IMG/VR virus record: IMGVR_UViG_3300042448_000816
Coordinates: 48,371-112,370 of that record
Source: a virus
Direction: 5' to 3' (one strand)
DNA length: 64,000 nucleotides
Each line of letters starts with the position of its first letter. The stretch's first letter is position 1. Of the stretch, positions 10,660-21,430 are shown in pieces. Under the pieces are notes generated by a model. The model was not told the DNA's origin, searched no databases, and worked only from the letters and a program-made list of their open reading frames with translations. The translations under genes were made by a program, and so were the position numbers.

Positions 10660-13600
10660 CAGAACCTATTGCTCCTTATTCTTTGAGAATCAATGTTGCG
10701 AATCTGCCCCATTACAGTTTGTGCAATTGCGTTAGGGTCTGACTGAGAAGCAACATTTACGCTCAAGTTATAATTATACACTGAACTGGAAGATATTGGG
10801 GTAACTTGACTTGATATTACAGAACCCTGGCTAATTGAAACTGGAGAAACTTGAGTATTAAAGCTTGGAGAGCTAAAGTTTTGTGCAGTAGGCCCCCCTG
10901 AGAATGATCCCGCTGAGAATGAGCCAGAGTTAATACTATCAAACAGCTTGGTTCCAAGTTCTTTGACTCTTTGAGATTTTACAACATATTCTCCTGGAGA
11001 AAGCATTGCTGGAATTGTGTCTGTGCCCCTGCTTACTAGGCCTCCATTAGCAAAGTATCTTGGCATCCATTCTGAACGATTTTGGTAGCCACCAAGGCCA
11101 GGTACGCTTTGACGATATGATGGAGTAAGATCAGGTCTTCCTTCACGAATTAAACCATCTATCATTTCTCTATTGTAGTCTTTACCTTTTAATTGCTGGA
11201 ATCCAGTTTTTGCTCTTATACCTTGACCAATATCAAAGTGATAGATTTTCTGACCCGTTGCTCTATCGGTTGTTACTCTCACAAGCTTCATGTTTTGACC
11301 TCTTGCAAGAAGTCCATCTACTACGTTAGAAGCTGGCGTTGGAAGTATTTTATTTATGTCTTCTACACCTGGAATGTCTGACTTTACGTTAAACTTATAC
11401 AATGGGTAAAGCGGTAATCCATTACCTCCACGTCTTCCTCCAGTTTGAACAGTTCCTTTAGCCATTCCCTCTAAAAACTCTTTACTTGAAGCAGTTGTAA
11501 CTGACATAAACCTATCTAGGGTAACTGACTGACCTGGTTTTAAAAGTTTTAAAATTTCAGCATCTGACTCATTGGCCACTCTAACTAGAGGAGTTCCCTT
11601 TGAAATTCCAAGACTATTAGATTTAATTATATTGTCAATGAAGGCTCTGTTGCGATCATAGCTACCAAACAATGTGTGTGCAGCGTTGCGAACATAGCCA
11701 TCCATTGTTGCTATTTCATCTGGGTCTTTAAGAACTTGGGGATTTGGGTTACGCTTAAAGTTTATAAAGTTTTTTAATGCAGATGTATTCTTGGTTGCTT
11801 GTGTTACAGCTTTAACTCCTGTTGAAACACCCCTTCCTCCAGGAATAAAGTTTAATGCTCCCAGTCCAAGAACCATAGCGTCTGCTGATGTAGCTTTTCC
11901 TTGACCTACATTTATTAGAGATTTTGTAATGTCAATGCCTTCTTTTGCCATTGAAATAAGGGGAGAAATTTTTGCTCCAAAGTCTAAAGCTTTTTCAAAC
12001 ATAGATGGTTTAGGTGTTGCTGCTGGTGGTGGGGTGTCGTAACCTCTGCCTGATGGTTTTGCAGCTAATGCCCTTCTTTCAGCTGCATCTGCTGAAATCC
12101 TACCTACTGGTTTTGCTGGGGTAGACTTAGAAGATCTACCACCATCTCTCATCATTCCACCCATCTTAAATCCTGGAAGCTCTCCAGAGTTAATAGAGTC
12201 TAAGAATCTTTGACCAAATTTGTTTACAGAAGCAGCCTTAATTACGTATTCACCATTAGAAAGCATAGCTGGAATTGAATCGGAAGTTCCCGTTCCTGGT
12301 CCAGAAATAAGACCGCCAGCGGCGTACCTGTTTCCGTAGGGATCAAACATTGCCCCTACTCCTATTTCACCGCCCCAAGGTCCGAAAGATGGGTTCCAAA
12401 CATCGGGAGGAAGGGATGAAACTGAAAGAGCTATAAGTCTGTCAGCTTCAGCTTTTGTTACTTTTGAAAGAAACTGTGCAAGTCTTCTGTCTCTTGCATC
12501 GGCACCGCCGCTATCTGCCCCAGCAGCCTTTAAGGCTCCAGCCATAACTGGGGGATGAATATTCATTTGTGCTCTAAGTCTTCTTCCGTGAGAATTTGGT
12601 TCTGGGAAGGTAATAGTAGGCTTATCAGGAATAATTTCATCTTCTTCTTTGCCACCATCGTTATAGGTAGTTGCGGGAGGAACCGCACCGTCAGTAACAG
12701 TCTGTACTGTTAGGGTAACAACTTTACTTTGAATTCCTGCCCAAGCATCCTTTACGTCTTGAACAACTGCAAGGGCTTTATCCATATCATCTTTGTATCC
12801 AGCACTGCTTATTCTTGCTAGATCAATACCATTTTTTATGTTTTCCCATTCAGCCTTTGTTCTTCCCAAAACTTTTTCTTCTTCGAGTTTTGCTTCTAGC
12901 TCTAGATCAGCCAGCCTGACTCTTTCTGCTGCTGGCTCCAGAGCACTCTCTTCAATTTCAAGTATTTGATTTGTAAGCTGTTCAATTCTTTCTTCTATTT
13001 CAATTCTGGATAGTCCAGCTTTTCCTCTAATTGATTCAAGTAATGATTGTCTACCCTCGTTAAGTGCGTCAGTCTGACCTGTAAAGTATGAAGAAGCTGA
13101 GCTCTCTCTTACATCTTGAACCGCTCTTGCAGCAGCAGCAAGGTCTCCACGAGTAATTGCTTCTGCTACTGAAAGCTTGCCCTTTTCTTGGTCTAGTACT
13201 TGCTGGTTTGCCTTACGAACCCTCTCTAGTGCCTCTAGCTTTTCATCGTAGGTTTTATTAATAGCATTCTCTTGATCTTCAATACCTCTAAGATCTGCAT
13301 CATAGTCATCAAGCTGGTATCTTATTGCATCTATTTGGTTTTGAGCGTTTTCAATAATTGCTTGGTCATTAGCTATCTTGAATTCGTATTCTAGAGTTAG
13401 CTTTCTTTCTCTAACATCAAAAGATTCCATTGCCCTGTTAAAGCCTTCTTCAAATACATCTTGAAGTCCTTCTGGGGTTAGTCTTGCAGCTTCTTCCATA
13501 GCTGCTTTAGCATTTCTAAGCTCAGCAAGCATTGTGTTAAGCTGATCTCTAGTTACGTTTCCAGTTGCCACTGCAGAAGCTACGGCTGCGTCTTCTACGG

Positions 13601-16600
13601 CTTCATAGGCTTCTGCAGCAGAGAATCCAGCAGCTCTTAGTTGATTAAAAGCTAGTACTTGGTTTCTTGATTCCTTTGCAGATTTTTGCTGATTGCTAAC
13701 ATACTGTCCTAAAGCAACTGCAGCCAAAGCCTTGCCAATATTTTGTAGCTGTGCTTTAAATCCTATAATTTCTCCAGTTTGCTTGTCAAAGTTAAACAGG
13801 GTATTCTTTTGTTTTTCAAAGTCTTCTGGGCTCATTCCAGCTATTAGGCTAATTAGATCTTCTTCGGCACCTAGCCTTCTCATGTCGTTTTCAATACCGC
13901 TGAAAAGATTAATTCCAGCTCCGCCACCAAAGAGTTTGTTGATGGCATCAGCCGAAGCCTCAAAGCCCTTTGCTACAGAAATTTGGTTTTTACGAATGTC
14001 TCTTAGCTTCTTTAGAATGTCATCTAGAGAAGACGCTGCTGGCCCACCGCTACCGCCACCAGGATCTAAGTCTTCATCTATAGGAGCTGTAGTATTATCT
14101 TTTTCTGTTTCGGTAGTTATAAAACCACTGTCTAAAGCAAAATCTGTAAATTCTTTATCTTTATTTCCTGGTTCGTTTAGCCACTCTCTATACTGGTCCA
14201 TCATGGCTTCGTCGCCCTGAAGAAGCATTGTTGTAACAAATTGGGTCATAAAGGTTTTTTGAAAATTGTCTGGCAGCCCATTGAAATATTGTTCATATTC
14301 TTTGAAGTTGTCCATATTTTCTTCACCGATAAGATCGGTAATAACATCCATGCCCATTTTACCGTCAACAGAGTCTATGATCTCTTTCATTTCCAACATC
14401 TTGTCGGCGGCACCTTCATTTTCATTTAGGTATGTTAGAACTATTTCTGCATCTAGCACCCTAGATACTGACTCAAACATTTCTAGATATTTTCTAGCTT
14501 CTTCTGGAACATCGGATTTTGCAGCAATATTTGCCACAAAGTTTGTTTGCTGATCTAGAAGTGGCTCACCATTTTCATCTTTAAACATTTTCATTACGTT
14601 AAGGGTTCTGTTGGTATCTGCGTTGCCCAGATTATCCATTAGAGTAAAGGTTTTTGTCATCATGTCTGCGTCTGATCCAAAAACGTTCATAAGTTCTGAA
14701 ATTACTAGAGGGTCTAGGTCACTGGCTAGTCCGACAGTAAGCATGTATTCTTGAGTCTCGTTTAGTCCACTTGCATCAATTACTTGTTGTCTGGCTCCCA
14801 TAGCAAGAGCTAGACCTTCGGGATCGTCTGCAAACCTATTTTCTATACTCTTTTTTGCAGCATCTTGTAGGGCCATTTTTCCAGAAAAGTCTGCACCCTC
14901 AAAAGAGCTGGCTATAGCTGCTCGTGTTTCTGCTCCTTGTTCCAGCAAAGCTGATCTGTCTATCATATACTGGTTTGTAAGACGTTCAGCTTTTGCTAAG
15001 TCTCCTGCAGCTTCTGCTATAGAAATTCTTTTTTCATAGTCTAGGTCTAGTGAGTCCAAAAGTTGCTGCTGTTGCTGTAATGCCATTTTTGAGCTTGCCA
15101 CAACAGCTGCAGAAGCAGTTCCCATGTTGGCAAAAGCACTAACAACTTTTGGTCCAGTGATTGCAAGACCCGCAATGGTTCCTGCAACTCTACCGATAGT
15201 AGCACCTATTGCAGTTCCTGGACCTGGAGCAATTGCTGTTCCTATTGCTGCACCCGCAATAGATCCACCCTGCATCATAGCCCCAGTTGAAAGGGCTGCA
15301 TAGCCCAATTCTTCAAATGGATTTGGAAGTTCTTGTAGTTTTTGTGCTACAATACCTATCTGTTTTTCACTATCTTGAGCAAGATTTAGTCTGATGGTTA
15401 ATGGGTCTTCTAAAAGGTTTTCCCCGTTTATTCCAAGAAGCTGTACGAGCCTTGCATTTACATTTAATCCAAAAGAAGTATCTCCAATTTCTTTTGCTAT
15501 GTTAGAAACAATACTTCTTGCCTGTCCAGCATCTAAAGCTCCAGAAGATACGGCATTAACAAGCTGAGTAACTAGCTGATCCTCTGTAGCAGCTCTTCCA
15601 AGCTTAGAAATGTTTTCTCTAGTTGCAGCTGCCATCCCTTGGCCTTGTTCACTTTGAATAAAAGATTCTCCAAATGTGCTTTTACCTGTTTGAACAGCAA
15701 ACGGCAAAAGAGCATCTGCTCTACGCTTATCCATAATTTCACCAGCAGATGCTTTTCCTGCAAACTCTGCAAAGCTTTCTACGGCACTATCTCCAGTTCC
15801 TAGGGCTTCATTAAGCTTTAGTGTGCTTGTTTGGGCCTGATCAAAAGCACTCTTAAGTGCAAAGGCACCTGCAGCTAGTGCTGTAAGTCCAATAACCACT
15901 GGAGCAAATTTTCCTGCCATTTGAGCCATCATCAATGGCATGGAAGCCATCATAGCAATTTCTGCTCCAGGACCGCCAGTCATTCCGTACATCATGGCTC
16001 CCATACCGACCATCGAAGCACCGCCTGCAACCTTACTACCTATTGCAGAAAAACGTTCTCTACGAGCTGCAGCTCTTTGCTTTTTTTCATCGGCTGCTAT
16101 TGCTGCATTAGCAACCCTTTGTTTTTCGGCGTCTCTTGCGTTAGCTTCTGCTACTACAATTGCTCTAGCTCTTGATTTGTTTAGTTTTCTTTCATGCCTT
16201 AAAGCTTTACGCTGTTCTTCAGACATGGCGTCATATTGTTTTTGATTTATTCCATAACTTTGGGTTATTCCAGCAGCACGTCTGTCTCTTACTTCTTTTC
16301 TTGCTGCTGCACGTTCTCTAGATCTTTCATTAGTTTTATCTAGAGCCATTGTCTTCTTTGCTTCAGCTTCTGAAATTCTCTTGTTTGTATTTCTATCGTA
16401 GAAATGACCCTTTTCAGTTACTCTAACTCTTTCAGTACCGTCGATGTATGCTGATGTTGTAGCTTTACCAGCCTTAGTAACATCCTTTTCTCCGTCTTCA
16501 ATTCCCTTAACTACACCATCTACCATATTTTCTGCTGAAGTTTCTACAAGCAGTTCAGATGGAGAATTTGATCTTGATGCAGTATTTAGCCCTCTTGCAA

Positions 16601-19600
16601 GCAGTGCTTCTGGAGATTCACGAAGAATTCTTGCATAATTTGAGAATCTGTTTGCTCTACCTGTCGTCGTCGACTCTTTATTTTGATTTTTAGCATCAAT
16701 TAGTTGATTGGCAACTCTAGCTTTTTGATCACTAGTAAGGGTTTCTGATTGCATGATCGCATCAGCTTGGTCTTTTAGACTACCTGGAACCATTACGCTA
16801 ACTTGATCTAAGAATCTGCTACCCCTTACTCTAGCAAAATCGTCTCCAAACAATCTTTGCATGAAGTTGGTGGCTTTATCTCTTCCATAAAAAATTTCCC
16901 TGGTTTTCTTTTGGAGATCTCCCCCAAGACTCTTGAGCCACGTCGTAGTTCTGCCACTAGAACTGGCTCCTCCTGGAACGGCTGGAGTCATTTGTAGTCC
17001 AGCTACAAAGTTAGAATCTTTAATAATTCTTCGAATTCTTGGATCTTCTATTTGAAAAACGGAATCCCTAGTTGCTCGACTATAAAATTTATTAGTTTCG
17101 TTTTCAGTAAGTTTTCTGCCAGGGTCGCTGGCTGCTGCAGCCTGTAACTGACTGGCATATGATCTTTCTACATTGCTGATGTATCTGCGGAGCTCGCTGT
17201 CTGGAATACCGTGGTTCTGTGGAAGTCTCGCTAAGATCCCAGATCCAAAAGCTCCTCTAGGCAATCTTGCAAGCTCATCAGCATGTTGCTGGGCGGTCAA
17301 GCCACTGGCTCCTACAGTTGCAGTCGCTACATTGGATTGCTTAGTAATTGTTTCTATAAGATTTGGGTATTGAGTAATCTTAGTAACACCCTTAGCCCTA
17401 AGTTCCTCAATTTCTGTTGTATATTCTCTCCAGAGCTTTTCTGCATCAATGCCTAGTCTGTCAAATGCTCCAGTTCTTACCCCCTTTGTCCACTCTCTAC
17501 GAGCCAGCTCTGTGGCCTGCTCTAGGGTTAAGTTTCTAGTTCCTGAAGCCATGTGGCCAGAATTAACAGCCGTGCTGTGGGGGAAGTCAACTCTTCTATC
17601 TTCACCTGGTGGCTGTACGGGGATTCCACTAGGAACGCTTTGTTGATACCCAGGAATATTCTCAGCAATTATTCCCTTAATTAGGTCTTGATACTTTGCT
17701 GACTGCTTTGCTGGAATTACAGCTTCGCCAGGAGCAAGCATTGATGGAACAACATCCCCTGCACCCTTTGGTCCAGGTACTGAGAAGACTCCATCCTTGT
17801 ACCCTGGAATACCCATTTGTTTAAACAGTCTTGCAGCAAGGTTTAATTTTGGTGGTGGGTCAGCAACTACTGGTCTTCTTATGTATCGCTCTTGCTTAAT
17901 TCCGTAGTTACCATCTTTTTGCGTTACTGGAAGTTCGTTATTTTCATATCGATGGTTTATCCTATTTCCTTTTGCATTAAGAGTGGTTCCATAAAGTCCT
18001 GCGTTAGAAACAATAGACCTTAGTCTTTGAAGCATTGTAAACTTTGGCATTCCTACTGGAATTTTTAATCCTTGCTGACGAAGGGCTTGTTGCAATATTG
18101 GTATTAGTTGTGGCTCAGTTACAACAATTTTCTTAACATCTTTGAGAGTAAACCCGCCCATAATCTGAGCTTCAAAAAAGTCTTTGTCTTTTGATGTATA
18201 GGATCCCTTAATCTCATCTTTATTTCTTGTTCCTAGCTTAGCTGGTGTTCCAAATCTATCCAAAGATCTGTTGTAGCTATCTCCGTAAGTAAAAGTAGTT
18301 CTGTCTTTTATATTACGGTTTTTCAAAATCATTGCAGTATTGCCATACCTAAATGTTTTTGGGTTCATCAATGAAGCGTCTCTGTCCTTAAATATACCTT
18401 GATAAGCAGACCTTGTAAGGCTCCTGTCTTTCTTTCCAGTAAGTCTACTGAACGAGCTTTGCTTGCGTCCTATAAAGCGTTGACCTCTTTCTTCTTTAAA
18501 CATATATCCATATGTTGGACGTTTTGAAGGATCTACATCTTGTGGTAAACCAAATAGTCTTTCTTCTGCATATGCCCTGTCTTTTTCGGTGTCTCCAGCA
18601 TTACTTCTCTTGGTTTCAAATACGCTCTTGTACCTTTTGTCTTTGCTACCGATAAGACTGAGCAAATCTTTATCTTGCATTCTAACTGCAATTTTTGGAT
18701 TAGATCTTATAAATTTGTTAGCAATAGAGTCTTGCCAGAAATTTGGCTCTGAGCCATGTGGTCCTAAACGGTTTCCAGTCATCAGCCTTAGAAGGCCTTC
18801 CCCTATTCCGTAATTACTGCCTTCTGGCTGAACCGCAGACTTAAACTTTGCAAATGGGTTACGGCCGAATCTAAATCCAGGAACGTTGTCTGCAATCATA
18901 GAAGAAATAAATCCACTGTACTTTTGAGCTTGTCTTGCAGGAATAACTGCCTCGCCTGGAGAAAGCATTGCAGGAACTATGTCCCCAGCACCTTTTGGAC
19001 CTGGGACTGACAACACACCAGAGGCGTATCCTATGGCAGGGCCAGCTCCTTTAGGTGGTCTTGTTCTTGTAATAGGGGATCCAGTCATTGCAACTTGAGC
19101 GGCAATTGCTCTTCTGTAAGCCTCAGTTAGACCATTAACTGCTATTGCTTCAGAAGTAAAAGTTTGTCTTAGCTTTTGGTGCACTTGGTCTAGGGATGCT
19201 GCAACGGCAGAAGCTTCTAGCTGTTGCTGAGTCATGTACTCTGTTTGCATACCAAGCTGTGTACTTGCTGTGCCAGCTCTATTCATTGCAGTTTTAAAGA
19301 ATACAAAACCCTTTACTACGTTGGCAACACCGTTAGCAATAAGACCAAAGCCCATCAAGAATACTGGTCCGATTACTCCAGCTATAGCAGTAAGGCCGAC
19401 AACAAAGTTCTTTGCTCCGTCATCTAGCTCATCAAACTTTTTAAGAATCTTTGTTCCAAATTCTAGGATAGGGGTTACAGCTTTTAGGAATGCCTCTCCT
19501 AGTGGAATAAGAGTAACCTTTATATCTTCCAAAGCTTTTTGGAATTTAAACATTGGAGAGTCTTCAATTTTCTTAAGCTCTCTGGCGGATAGAACGGCAA

Positions 19601-21035
19601 GCTCTTCTGTAGTTGCATTAGCAAGACTTAAAACACGGCTTGCCTGATTACCCTCTTTAATAACGTTTTGAAATAATGTAGATAGACGAGAGAATTGGAA
19701 CTTTCCAAATAGCTGTTCAATTGCTCTTGCACGATTTAGCGGGTCTAGGGTGTCAAGTGCAGTAGCAAAATCCATAACAAGACCTTTTACGTCTCCAGCG
19801 TTTGCCTCAACAATGCCTTTAATGTTAATCCCAAATCCTGCAAGCATTTCAGAAGCTCTGCCAGTTGGGTTAATCAAAGCCGCTAGACCAGACTTAAGTG
19901 CGTTTGCACCTTCTGAAGCGTTAATGCCACCTTCACGCATAGCAGTTAGGAAGAATGTTAGATCTTCTACGTCTCCACCTAGTTGCTGAACAACTGGACC
20001 AGCTTTAGGAATAGCAATAGTTAAGTCTTCAATAGATGTAATTGTTTGGTTTTCAACAGCGTTAAGAAAGTCAATTTTTCCTGCTAACTCTTCTGCAGAA
20101 ACTCCAAAAGCATCTGTTAGTGATATTGTTGCTTGTAGTGCTTCTGCTTGCTCTACCCCACCGAGTACCGCTAGCCTTGTTGTTTCAGCAACTTGAGCAT
20201 TAAGCTCTGCACCCATCTTTCCAGTAGCTGCAATGTCTGCGGCAAGCTCCATTGTTTTTGCAGCTGCAATTCCATACTTGGTAAATTCATTTGCAAGATT
20301 TTGGATATCCCTAACAGCTTTATCGGTTTCTTCTGTTGTGGTAAACATTTCACCATAAACACGCTTAAACCTAACAGCCTGCTTTTCCATATCCATGAAT
20401 GTTTTTGCAGCTACGGTACCTAGCATTACAAGTGGAACAGTAAAACCAACCATAAGCTGACGACCAGCCCACTGAGTATTTTTACCAAAGTTTAAAAGAT
20501 TAGTAGAACCCTGCTTAAGTAGCTGATTAAGTAGTGCTTGCCTTTGAGCAGCAATTTGGGTTTTTGTAGAAAGGTTTTCCATGTCAAGAGCAAGTGGTCT
20601 GACTGCGATTGCTCGCATAGCACCGTTTGCATCTCTACCCATCTTAATGTATTGAGTTTGCAAGTCTTTGACACGTTCACGTGCGACTTTGTTAATTGTA
20701 TCAAATTCAGCCCTAAAAAATCTTCCGAAGCTTTTAGTTGCTGCTCCAGAATATCTGAAGTACTCCCCCATAGAGAGTTTATTTTTTTCAAGAGAGCTTG
20801 TAAAGGAATCTGTTGTCGTCTTTACATTTTTTATGGTAGCTGAAAACTGACCAGTTCTATTTATGCTGTTTAGCAGCGACTGCTGCATTTGCATTGAGGA
20901 TGCACTAGCAGCAGCCCCAGATTTTGCCAAAGAGGTATGGAAGGCTGATATCTGTCGCTGAAGATTTTTGATATTGGCCAGAGCTGCGGCCGTATCAATA
21001 TCAACTCTTATTCTGGCGTTGGCATCTTCAGCCAT
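10659..21035 (-). CDS. Tape measure protein (TP901-like core) with inserted DUF3626-like and ADP-ribosyltransferase-like domains
   Basis: 3458 aa after the tail chaperones; helical core (MREGGINASEGANALKSGL..L..P); four PAMLSPGE-type repeats. Confidence 0.9.
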   Translation of the reverse strand: MAEDANARIRVDIDTAAALANIKNLQRQISAFHTSLAKSGAAASASSMQMQQSLLNSINRTGQFSATIKNVKTTTDSFTSSLEKNKLSMGEYFRYSGAATKSFGRFFRAEFDTINKVARERVKDLQTQYIKMGRDANGAMRAIAVRPLALDMENLSTKTQIAAQRQALLNQLLKQGSTNLLNFGKNTQWAGRQLMVGFTVPLVMLGTVAAKTFMDMEKQAVRFKRVYGEMFTTTEETDKAVRDIQNLANEFTKYGIAAAKTMELAADIAATGKMGAELNAQVAETTRLAVLGGVEQAEALQATISLTDAFGVSAEELAGKIDFLNAVENQTITSIEDLTIAIPKAGPVVQQLGGDVEDLTFFLTAMREGGINASEGANALKSGLAALINPTGRASEMLAGFGINIKGIVEANAGDVKGLVMDFATALDTLDPLNRARAIEQLFGKFQFSRLSTLFQNVIKEGNQASRVLSLANATTEELAVLSARELKKIEDSPMFKFQKALEDIKVTLIPLGEAFLKAVTPILEFGTKILKKFDELDDGAKNFVVGLTAIAGVIGPVFLMGFGLIANGVANVVKGFVFFKTAMNRAGTASTQLGMQTEYMTQQQLEASAVAASLDQVHQKLRQTFTSEAIAVNGLTEAYRRAIAAQVAMTGSPITRTRPPKGAGPAIGYASGVLSVPGPKGAGDIVPAMLSPGEAVIPARQAQKYSGFISSMIADNVPGFRFGRNPFAKFKSAVQPEGSNYGIGEGLLRLMTGNRLGPHGSEPNFWQDSIANKFIRSNPKIAVRMQDKDLLSLIGSKDKRYKSVFETKRSNAGDTEKDRAYAEERLFGLPQDVDPSKRPTYGYMFKEERGQRFIGRKQSSFSRLTGKKDRSLTRSAYQGIFKDRDASLMNPKTFRYGNTAMILKNRNIKDRTTFTYGDSYNRSLDRFGTPAKLGTRNKDEIKGSYTSKDKDFFEAQIMGGFTLKDVKKIVVTEPQLIPILQQALRQQGLKIPVGMPKFTMLQRLRSIVSNAGLYGTTLNAKGNRINHRYENNELPVTQKDGNYGIKQERYIRRPVVADPPPKLNLAARLFKQMGIPGYKDGVFSVPGPKGAGDVVPSMLAPGEAVIPAKQSAKYQDLIKGIIAENIPGYQQSVPSGIPVQPPGEDRRVDFPHSTAVNSGHMASGTRNLTLEQATELARREWTKGVRTGAFDRLGIDAEKLWREYTTEIEELRAKGVTKITQYPNLIETITKQSNVATATVGASGLTAQQHADELARLPRGAFGSGILARLPQNHGIPDSELRRYISNVERSYASQLQAAAASDPGRKLTENETNKFYSRATRDSVFQIEDPRIRRIIKDSNFVAGLQMTPAVPGGASSSGRTTTWLKSLGGDLQKKTREIFYGRDKATNFMQRLFGDDFARVRGSRFLDQVSVMVPGSLKDQADAIMQSETLTSDQKARVANQLIDAKNQNKESTTTGRANRFSNYARILRESPEALLARGLNTASRSNSPSELLVETSAENMVDGVVKGIEDGEKDVTKAGKATTSAYIDGTERVRVTEKGHFYDRNTNKRISEAEAKKTMALDKTNERSRERAAARKEVRDRRAAGITQSYGINQKQYDAMSEEQRKALRHERKLNKSRARAIVVAEANARDAEKQRVANAAIAADEKKQRAAARRERFSAIGSKVAGGASMVGMGAMMYGMTGGPGAEIAMMASMPLMMAQMAGKFAPVVIGLTALAAGAFALKSAFDQAQTSTLKLNEALGTGDSAVESFAEFAGKASAGEIMDKRRADALLPFAVQTGKSTFGESFIQSEQGQGMAAATRENISKLGRAATEDQLVTQLVNAVSSGALDAGQARSIVSNIAKEIGDTSFGLNVNARLVQLLGINGENLLEDPLTIRLNLAQDSEKQIGIVAQKLQELPNPFEELGYAALSTGAMMQGGSIAGAAIGTAIAPGPGTAIGATIGRVAGTIAGLAITGPKVVSAFANMGTASAAVVASSKMALQQQQQLLDSLDLDYEKRISIAEAAGDLAKAERLTNQYMIDRSALLEQGAETRAAIASSFEGADFSGKMALQDAAKKSIENRFADDPEGLALAMGARQQVIDASGLNETQEYMLTVGLASDLDPLVISELMNVFGSDADMMTKTFTLMDNLGNADTNRTLNVMKMFKDENGEPLLDQQTNFVANIAAKSDVPEEARKYLEMFESVSRVLDAEIVLTYLNENEGAADKMLEMKEIIDSVDGKMGMDVITDLIGEENMDNFKEYEQYFNGLPDNFQKTFMTQFVTTMLLQGDEAMMDQYREWLNEPGNKDKEFTDFALDSGFITTETEKDNTTAPIDEDLDPGGGSGGPAASSLDDILKKLRDIRKNQISVAKGFEASADAINKLFGGGAGINLFSGIENDMRRLGAEEDLISLIAGMSPEDFEKQKNTLFNFDKQTGEIIGFKAQLQNIGKALAAVALGQYVSNQQKSAKESRNQVLAFNQLRAAGFSAAEAYEAVEDAAVASAVATGNVTRDQLNTMLAELRNAKAAMEEAARLTPEGLQDVFEEGFNRAMESFDVRERKLTLEYEFKIANDQAIIENAQNQIDAIRYQLDDYDADLRGIEDQENAINKTYDEKLEALERVRKANQQVLDQEKGKLSVAEAITRGDLAAAARAVQDVRESSASSYFTGQTDALNEGRQSLLESIRGKAGLSRIEIEERIEQLTNQILEIEESALEPAAERVRLADLELEAKLEEEKVLGRTKAEWENIKNGIDLARISSAGYKDDMDKALAVVQDVKDAWAGIQSKVVTLTVQTVTDGAVPPATTYNDGGKEEDEIIPDKPTITFPEPNSHGRRLRAQMNIHPPVMAGALKAAGADSGGADARDRRLAQFLSKVTKAEADRLIALSVSSLPPDVWNPSFGPWGGEIGVGAMFDPYGNRYAAGGLISGPGTGTSDSIPAMLSNGEYVIKAASVNKFGQRFLDSINSGELPGFKMGGMMRDGGRSSKSTPAKPVGRISADAAERRALAAKPSGRGYDTPPPAATPKPSMFEKALDFGAKISPLISMAKEGIDITKSLINVGQGKATSADAMVLGLGALNFIPGGRGVSTGVKAVTQATKNTSALKNFINFKRNPNPQVLKDPDEIATMDGYVRNAAHTLFGSYDRNRAFIDNIIKSNSLGISKGTPLVRVANESDAEILKLLKPGQSVTLDRFMSVTTASSKEFLEGMAKGTVQTGGRRGGNGLPLYPLYKFNVKSDIPGVEDINKILPTPASNVVDGLLARGQNMKLVRVTTDRATGQKIYHFDIGQGIRAKTGFQQLKGKDYNREMIDGLIREGRPDLTPSYRQSVPGLGGYQNRSEWMPRYFANGGLVSRGTDTIPAMLSPGEYVVKSQRVKELGTKLFDSINSGSFSAGSFSGGPTAQNFSSPSFNTQVSPVSISQGSVISSQVTPISSSSVYNYNLSVNVASQSDPNAIAQTVMGQIRNIDSQRIRSNRF

Positions 21036-21058
21036 CCATTAACACCCTCTTTATTTAG

Positions 21059-21376
21059 CTAGTTCAAGACGTTGAGAGCTGTATCTCCTAGCTTTACGCC
21101 AGAAGCCTCCTCAACAATCTTGTAGACTGTAGGAAGATCTAGATTATCTTCCAAAGCCTTCAAATCTTCAGCCAAGTCGGGCTTGTACTGCTTCATTGCA
21201 ATTTGAACACATTCCATCAGTAGGCTCATCGACTTGTCATTGTCTTCTGCTACATCTGTAATACCCTCAAACTTTTTCATAAAAGGACGCAACAGTGAAA
21301 TCTTTAGTGGTCTCACCTTAACTTCTGTGCCGTCAATTAACTTAATTGTTTTCTCTTCGTATACTTCTGTACTCAT
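21059..21376 (-). CDS. Tail assembly chaperone (short paralogue)
   Basis: Lies between tail tube and TMP; own TGTTATAAT promoter and SD. Confidence 0.7.
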   Translation of the reverse strand: MSTEVYEEKTIKLIDGTEVKVRPLKISLLRPFMKKFEGITDVAEDNDKSMSLLMECVQIAMKQYKPDLAEDLKALEDNLDLPTVYKIVEEASGVKLGDTALNVLN

Positions 21377-21430
21377 ATTTTTTGTATTCCTTCCGCTATG
21401 AGGCTTTAATAATTATAACACAAAAACCTT

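Noticed and set aside
11193-20850. Many plus-strand and alternate-frame ORFs over the TMP, and likewise over the capsid, collagen and other genes
   Set aside because: Antisense or alternate-frame shadows of long coding sequences with biased codons; no SD, promoter or recognisable motifs.
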